Shown here: piece after piece, positions 58,474 to 64,000 of the stretch | How positions within the stretch are numbered: the stretch's first letter is position 1 | Layout: each line of letters starts with the position of its first letter | Source: an uncultured Pseudomonadota bacterium | Lineage (GTDB): Bacteria > Pseudomonadota > Alphaproteobacteria > Rs-D84 > CACZYB01 | DNA: 64,000 bases | Reading direction: 5' to 3' | Assembly (NCBI GenBank): GCA_902785275.1 | Contig: CACZYB010000003.1 | Location: forward strand, 1-64,000 | Notes under the pieces: generated by a model | Told to the model about the DNA's origin: nothing | The model's database searches: none | The model's input: the letters and a program-made list of their open reading frames with translations, nothing else | Translations under genes and position numbers: made by a program

Positions 58474-59355
58474 CTATGGACAAGCTTCAAGTGTAAGCGC
58501 AATATTAAGAACTGTTTCGTTAACGTCTTCCTCTATAATATCGCCGTTTTTGTTTTTGTATCTGTAAATCAAAGGTTTTCTGTAAAATTCGCTATCACTA
58601 TTATATACACGATAGAAATTGTTTATATTTTTTCTTATGAAAGGTTTGTTGTTACAGATGCAATTTTCCTTTGATTTCAAGATTGCCTTTATAACATTAC
58701 TATCATCAAAAGATTGTTCGATATCTTCTTCGGAAACAAGGATACATCTGTCCTGTGCCAAAAGGTAATCTTTATCTTTTTTCAAGATATCGTTGATTTC
58801 GTAACTATCGTAATCTTTGTTTTTCAATTCTTCGGTAAGGTTTGAACTACAACACATTGAGGAAATACTCAAAAGGTTTTTATAGTTTTCCATAATGACT
58901 TTTGTACCTTGAGATTCATAATTCTTTCCTTCATCCAAAGCTTCACTATCACTTTGTGCCAAATAGTCCATAAAAGATTTTATTTCACCTTCTGATAAAT
59001 CATGGAAGGCCTTTGAGTAATCATTTACAGGCTTTATTAATACAATCTTTTTTTCAACCTTTTTTGTATTGGTTTTATTTTGTTGATAAACAGGGGTGCT
59101 TGCATTAATTGATTTTTGCAAAGAATTCTTTAATGTTGAATTTTTTTCATTCTTTATTTCAAAATGTTTTATTTCAGACGGTCCAACACCTTCTGTGTAA
59201 ATAATATAGCTTTCACCCTTTACATTTCCATTTCCGATGATTTCTATATCTTCTGGTTCTTCTTCCAAAATTTCGACCTCCTTATTATATGTGGTACAAG
59301 AAAATAATGCCACAACAGATAAGGACAACATTAAATATTTAAAGTTCTTTAGCAT
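58474..59355 (-). CDS. Hypothetical lipoprotein with a Cys-containing C-terminal domain
   Basis: Lipobox LFSC; MCC, CIC and terminal CP. Confidence 0.75.
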   Translation of the reverse strand: MLKNFKYLMLSLSVVALFSCTTYNKEVEILEEEPEDIEIIGNGNVKGESYIIYTEGVGPSEIKHFEIKNEKNSTLKNSLQKSINASTPVYQQNKTNTKKVEKKIVLIKPVNDYSKAFHDLSEGEIKSFMDYLAQSDSEALDEGKNYESQGTKVIMENYKNLLSISSMCCSSNLTEELKNKDYDSYEINDILKKDKDYLLAQDRCILVSEEDIEQSFDDSNVIKAILKSKENCICNNKPFIRKNINNFYRVYNSDSEFYRKPLIYRYKNKNGDIIEEDVNETVLNIALTLEACP

Positions 59356-59424
59356 AGTAAAATCCCCCTAACTTTTAGTTATTATACCAAAAAATTAAGG
59401 GGGACTCAAGAAAATAATGGAATA

Positions 59425-59961
59425 TTATTTTGTTTTTAATTCAATCTCTTTTATTTCGTTATTCAATGCTTTGATGATATCATCTGTAATATCCAAATTA
59501 TCACTGATAGCAACGGCAGTTTGTGAATTAACGATTAAATCAAAACCTTTTTCTTTACCAACAGTTTTGATAATTCTGTCGAGATAATCTTTTTGAAGAG
59601 TTTTCAAAGCTTCGATAAATCCTTTTTCAACAGCAGCAACCTTTTGTTCTGTTGATTTATCGTATTTCAAAACTTCACCTTGGAAAGATTGAAGTTCTTT
59701 TATGAATGCTTCTTTATCCATAACGGCTTGTTTTGCTTTAAGTTCACTTTCTTTCTTTTCGAAATCTTTACGTTTTGAATTTACTTCTTTTTGGATAGCT
59801 TCAAGTTTTGCATCTTTTTGTTTATTCAAAGATATCATAACCTTTGCTTCCTTATTGATTTTAACAACATCAGCAATACCAACATTCATACCATCCTTTG
59901 CATTTGCAGAAGATACAAAAAGCATTGTTGATAAAATTGAAGCGAGTAATATTTTTTTCAT
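59425..59961 (-). CDS. skp: OmpH/Skp periplasmic chaperone
   Basis: Signal peptide, VGIAD, coiled-coil, GFDLIV..DITDDII; directly after bamA. Confidence 0.92.
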   Translation of the reverse strand: MKKILLASILSTMLFVSSANAKDGMNVGIADVVKINKEAKVMISLNKQKDAKLEAIQKEVNSKRKDFEKKESELKAKQAVMDKEAFIKELQSFQGEVLKYDKSTEQKVAAVEKGFIEALKTLQKDYLDRIIKTVGKEKGFDLIVNSQTAVAISDNLDITDDIIKALNNEIKEIELKTK

Positions 59962-60028
59962 TTTTTTCTCCTTATTTATTTTAAAACTTTTTTAATTATA
60001 TTCCTTTTTATTTAATAATCAATAGGTA

Positions 60029-62296
60029 TTAAAATCCTGTACCAATTGAAAAACGGAAATGTTGACGTTTATCATATTCTTCGTAATGGATTGGATATGC
60101 CCACGATACATTGATTGCGCCAATAGGTGAATTCCATGAAATTCCGTATCCAGCCGAAGTTCTGACTTTATCACTGTATAAAACATTACTGTAATCACTT
60201 AGGATTGGACGGCCAAGCTTTCCCCAATCATAGAATATATATCCTGAAATTTTGTATTTTTTAGGAATACCAATTGGGAAATTGAATTGGAATGTTCCGT
60301 TTGCTTCCCAGTTTCCACCATATGCATAGTTAGAGTTGGTTGCACTTCGAGCACCAATACCACCATATTCGAATCCACGAAGATTATCTCCGCCAAGAAG
60401 ATATCTATCACTTCGAGATAAAGTTGAGCCATTTAAAGAATGAATCTTTCCGGCATATACAGAAATTCCAAACTGCCAAACGTTATCCCAGAAAGAAAAA
60501 GTTTGTTTTGCGGAAATATCATTCTTAATAAAGTACTTATCTCCACCAAAACCAGCGTAATCAGTAGAGTAAGAAACCACGTATCCCTGTCTGGTATCAT
60601 TAACGAAATCGATTGTTTGGTTACGATAGGTAAGTGTTTGACCAAGTTTGAAAACATCGTAATCGCCGACACCTTCCAAAAGCTGGGATGAAAGACTGTC
60701 GGAAATGTTGGTCATTTTTTCATTTTTACCAGAAAATCTGAACCTATGGGAAAGATTATCATTATAATTCCAACCAAGTTTAAATGCCAATCCAATAGTA
60801 TCAATATCATAACCATAAGTAGAAGAATATTTATACTGGCTGTAGTAAGCATCCACACCACCCATAAGATCTTTATCAAACAAGTATGGTTCGACAAAGG
60901 AAAGACTGAAATTATTTTGTGTTCCTGAAAATGTTGAGGTAAAGCCTAAGGTTTGCCCCTTTCCCATAAAGTTATTTTCCTTTATTCCGAATTCGATAAA
61001 TCCCTTATTAAGACTTGACCAACCGGCACCCAAAGAAAGCTCCCCTGTGGAACGCTCTGCAACATTAACATCAACATTTACCTTATCCGGTGTTCCAAAA
61101 ACAGGTTTTGGTGTAATTTTTACAGTTTCAAAGAATCCTGTTTCATAAAGTTTTTGTTCCGATGATTTTATTCGTGCGGAATTATAAATATCTTGTTCAT
61201 CGAAATTAAGATTTTTTCGAATAACCCTTTCATAAGTACGGGTGTTATTTTTAACATCAATCTTATTTATAAAAGCCCGTTTTGAATTTTTTATTTTGAA
61301 AACTATATCAACAATTCCGGTTTCTGGATTTGTCTTTTTTTCAATATCGACATCAATAAATGCGAATCCGTTTTCACCCATCTTTTTTGCGATATCTACA
61401 ATACTTTTATTTGCAAGGTTGTCATCATAAAATTTTCCGGTTTTAAGAAGTATTTTTTCATTCAAAATCGAAGTATCAAGATCCGGAATTTCGGATGAAA
61501 TGGAAATATCACCAACCTTATATCTTTTGCCTTCAGATAGATTGAATGTAACATAGAAATCGTTTTCAGATAAATCCATTTTTGCAGTTTGGGATACAAC
61601 CTTAAAATCCAAAAATCCATGAAGAGTATAGTAATTACGCAAAAGTTCCGAATCGTATAGAAGCCTATCTTCATCATAGGTATCATACATTTCAAGAAGC
61701 TTCCACCAGGAATATTCTTTACTTAAAATAACTTCTATTAATTCCTTTGATGAAAAATTCTCGTTTCCATTGAATTGGATATCTTTTATATATGCTTTTT
61801 TACCTTCTGTAATTTCAAAAACGACATCGTACTGATTATTATCACGTTCAATAATTTTTGCATCGACAACAGCCTTGAAATTACCAAGTCGTTTATAAAG
61901 ATTTTTTATTGTTTCAACATCAGCCTTTATTTGAGCAGGATTGTAAATAGCATGTGGACGAGTTTTTACATCCTTTTTCACATCATCAAGTTTTAAATCA
62001 GAATTTCCTTCAAATGAAACGGCACCAACAGTTGGATTTTCGGAAACGGTGATTTCCAATGTACCATCATCTTTTGCATTAACTTTTATATTATTGAAGT
62101 AACCTGTATTATAAAGTTTTGAAACAATAGCATTTAATTTTTTATCGGTTAGTTCTTCATCTTCCTTTACATTAATAACATTTTTTACCATATCTGGATG
62201 AAGTCTTTTTAAACCAATAACGTTAATATCCTTAACCGCAGAATTTGCAGTCAAAGGAAATATTAAACAAGAAAGAAATGCATAAAATTTTTTCAT
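60029..62296 (-). CDS. bamA: Outer-membrane protein assembly factor BamA
   Basis: POTRA repeats, LRGF motif, W.SPIG, C-terminal FSIGTGF. Confidence 0.98.
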   Translation of the reverse strand: MKKFYAFLSCLIFPLTANSAVKDINVIGLKRLHPDMVKNVINVKEDEELTDKKLNAIVSKLYNTGYFNNIKVNAKDDGTLEITVSENPTVGAVSFEGNSDLKLDDVKKDVKTRPHAIYNPAQIKADVETIKNLYKRLGNFKAVVDAKIIERDNNQYDVVFEITEGKKAYIKDIQFNGNENFSSKELIEVILSKEYSWWKLLEMYDTYDEDRLLYDSELLRNYYTLHGFLDFKVVSQTAKMDLSENDFYVTFNLSEGKRYKVGDISISSEIPDLDTSILNEKILLKTGKFYDDNLANKSIVDIAKKMGENGFAFIDVDIEKKTNPETGIVDIVFKIKNSKRAFINKIDVKNNTRTYERVIRKNLNFDEQDIYNSARIKSSEQKLYETGFFETVKITPKPVFGTPDKVNVDVNVAERSTGELSLGAGWSSLNKGFIEFGIKENNFMGKGQTLGFTSTFSGTQNNFSLSFVEPYLFDKDLMGGVDAYYSQYKYSSTYGYDIDTIGLAFKLGWNYNDNLSHRFRFSGKNEKMTNISDSLSSQLLEGVGDYDVFKLGQTLTYRNQTIDFVNDTRQGYVVSYSTDYAGFGGDKYFIKNDISAKQTFSFWDNVWQFGISVYAGKIHSLNGSTLSRSDRYLLGGDNLRGFEYGGIGARSATNSNYAYGGNWEANGTFQFNFPIGIPKKYKISGYIFYDWGKLGRPILSDYSNVLYSDKVRTSAGYGISWNSPIGAINVSWAYPIHYEEYDKRQHFRFSIGTGF

Positions 62297-63378
62297 TATT
62301 TTATAATCCTTAAAATATCATTAAAATTGGAAAGGAGTAATAAGAAAATTATAAATAAGAATCCCAAAAAGAAAATTACTTGTTTTACTTTTTCAGGAAG
62401 CTCCCTTCTTATAATACCTTCTATCATATATATGAATAAGTAACCACCATCTAAAACTGGAATTGGGAAAAGATTGAAAAGACCAAGACTAATAGAAATA
62501 AATGCCATTAAATACAAAAATGCATAAAGACCAGCCGATAGAGCATCACCACTTACCTTTGCAATAGAAATCATTCCGCCAAGTTCCTTTGATGAACGGG
62601 AACCAACAATCATTTCGCCAAGAGATTTTAATGTATCGGAAACAATATTTGAAACGGAATTATATGCTTCAGATACTGCTTCAATAAAACCTACCTTACG
62701 ATAATTTTCAAAGCGAGATGCATAACTTACACCCAAAAAGAATGTATCATTTTTCTTTTCTGGGATTACAGAAATTGATAAATCCTTATCATTACGTTTT
62801 ACCTTTACAATAATTTTTTTACCATTTGATTCTTTTATAAGCTGGGATATCTTTCGTGCATTTTTAACACTTTCCCCATTAATGGAAAGAATAATATCAC
62901 CAGATTTTATTCCAGAAGTGTAGGCAGGAGAATCTTTTATAACATCCATAACAACAGAATTATTATTTGAAACACCTATAAAGAAATATAATCCAAAAAA
63001 TACCAAGAAACCAAAAATGAAATTAAAAAATGGACCTGCAAAAACAATTGATGCCTTTTGATAACGTTTTTTAAATTCAAAACTTTCTGCCTTATCCTTT
63101 GCACTTAGTTTTTTTATTTTCTTTGCTTTTGTTTCAGTTGATTCAGGGGTATCAGACTGGCCAAGCATTTTAACATATCCGCCAAGTGGGATGGCTGAAA
63201 CTTTCCATACTGTATTATGTTTATCAGTCCATGAAAAAAGTGATGGTCCAAAACCAATAGAAAAAGATTCAACCCTTACACCATTTATTCGTGCAAATAA
63301 AAAGTGACCAAATTCATGAACAAAAACAATTACTGGAAGTAATATTATAAAAGCAACAATCCCTGTTAAAATTCCCAT
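62296..63378 (-). CDS. rseP: RIP metalloprotease RseP
   Basis: HEFGH, PLGGYVKM, PDZ domain, NLFPIPVLDGG. Confidence 0.98.
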   Translation of the reverse strand: MGILTGIVAFIILLPVIVFVHEFGHFLFARINGVRVESFSIGFGPSLFSWTDKHNTVWKVSAIPLGGYVKMLGQSDTPESTETKAKKIKKLSAKDKAESFEFKKRYQKASIVFAGPFFNFIFGFLVFFGLYFFIGVSNNNSVVMDVIKDSPAYTSGIKSGDIILSINGESVKNARKISQLIKESNGKKIIVKVKRNDKDLSISVIPEKKNDTFFLGVSYASRFENYRKVGFIEAVSEAYNSVSNIVSDTLKSLGEMIVGSRSSKELGGMISIAKVSGDALSAGLYAFLYLMAFISISLGLFNLFPIPVLDGGYLFIYMIEGIIRRELPEKVKQVIFFLGFLFIIFLLLLSNFNDILRIIK

Positions 63379-63446
63379 TTTTATTTTCCCTAAATTAAAA
63401 CTTATACAATGTTACACAATTTTATATTCAGAATCAACAGAATTAT

Positions 63447-64000
63447 CTATTTTACAACTCTGGCAAAGGTTAGAACAAAAACCTTTTTCACACCATTTTG
63501 TTTTAAAACTTTTGCACATTCGTTTACAGTAGCACCGGTTGTAAAAACATCATCAATAAGCAAAATATTTTTACCTTTTATTTCACTGTTATTTTTTATA
63601 ACGAACACACCGGACACATTTTTCTTTCGTTCCTGTGAGGAAAGATGACCTTGGGATTGCGTAGATTTTGAACGAAGAAGTGTTGTATACAAAACAGGCT
63701 TTGAATAAATCTTTGAAAGGTGGGTACAAATAAGACTTGCCTGATTATACTTTCTTTTCAACATACGGGTAAGATGTATTGGAACAGGTATAATATAATC
63801 ACTTTGTTTTGCCAATTCCGTACCACATCGTGCCATAAGATTTGCAATAGATTTTGCATATTGTGTTTTATCACCATGTTTTAGGGGAAGAATAAGTTTC
63901 TTTGAAAAATCATCATAACGAACAGCCGCACAAGCTTTATCAAACTTAAATGATTTCTTTAAACATTTTGGGCAAAGAAGAGCTTTGTTCGAATCTTTTA
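63447..64000 (-). CDS. comF: ComF family phosphoribosyltransferase-like competence protein (5' end off the right edge)
   Basis: Frame stays open to the window edge (..LLCPKC..LKHGD..); PVPIH..R...R.YNQA, LLIDDVFTTGAT. Confidence 0.93.
   Translation of the reverse strand, partial: KDSNKALLCPKCLKKSFKFDKACAAVRYDDFSKKLILPLKHGDKTQYAKSIANLMARCGTELAKQSDYIIPVPIHLTRMLKRKYNQASLICTHLSKIYSKPVLYTTLLRSKSTQSQGHLSSQERKKNVSGVFVIKNNSEIKGKNILLIDDVFTTGATVNECAKVLKQNGVKKVFVLTFARVVK

Noticed and set aside
1-64000. CRISPR array, cas genes, transposase, integrase or reverse transcriptase
   Set aside because: No regularly spaced direct repeats in any intergenic region, and no ORF with the relevant catalytic motifs.
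1-64000. Alternative genetic code or programmed frameshifts
   Set aside because: Conserved genes are full length under code 11, Trp is TGG, and TGA ends some genes (e.g. cvpA).

Overview
AT-rich chromosomal segment (GC not computed) from an alphaproteobacterium. The assignment rests on GTTC-N7-GTTC LexA boxes, MipZ, GapR and the plsY-dprA synteny. Rubrerythrin, RlhA and the long-form GltX suggest an anaerobic, host-associated lineage. Standard genetic code. Most of the window is housekeeping: recA-lexA, a surface-glycan operon (GT2s, gmd/fcl, kinase, NTP-transferase-HAD, WavE), aminoacyl-tRNA synthetases, accBC, glgX, lon, lolCD, pyk, rseP-bamA-skp-lpxD-fabZ, comF, two tRNAs and an rpmJ missed by the ORF track. 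No CRISPR array, transposase, integrase or phage structural genes were seen. Most interesting signals: (1) a candidate invertible promoter downstream of tRNA-Gly, made of 26-bp inverted repeats (23/26 identical) enclosing a TTGACT-N17-TAAAAT promoter that points away from a foreign-looking two-gene operon encoding an outer-membrane beta-barrel; (2) a phage-free cI/cro-like divergent XRE switch with face-to-face promoters and two 16-bp palindromic operators beside lexA; (3) a co-oriented module of a double-HTH regulator with a dead S24 domain, two proteins sharing an unrecognised ~100-aa domain, and a minimal lipo-secretin upstream of lolC/D; (4) a paralogous family of secreted Cys-rich proteins; (5) a repeated basic-hydrophobic C-terminal tag on several glycosyltransferases.
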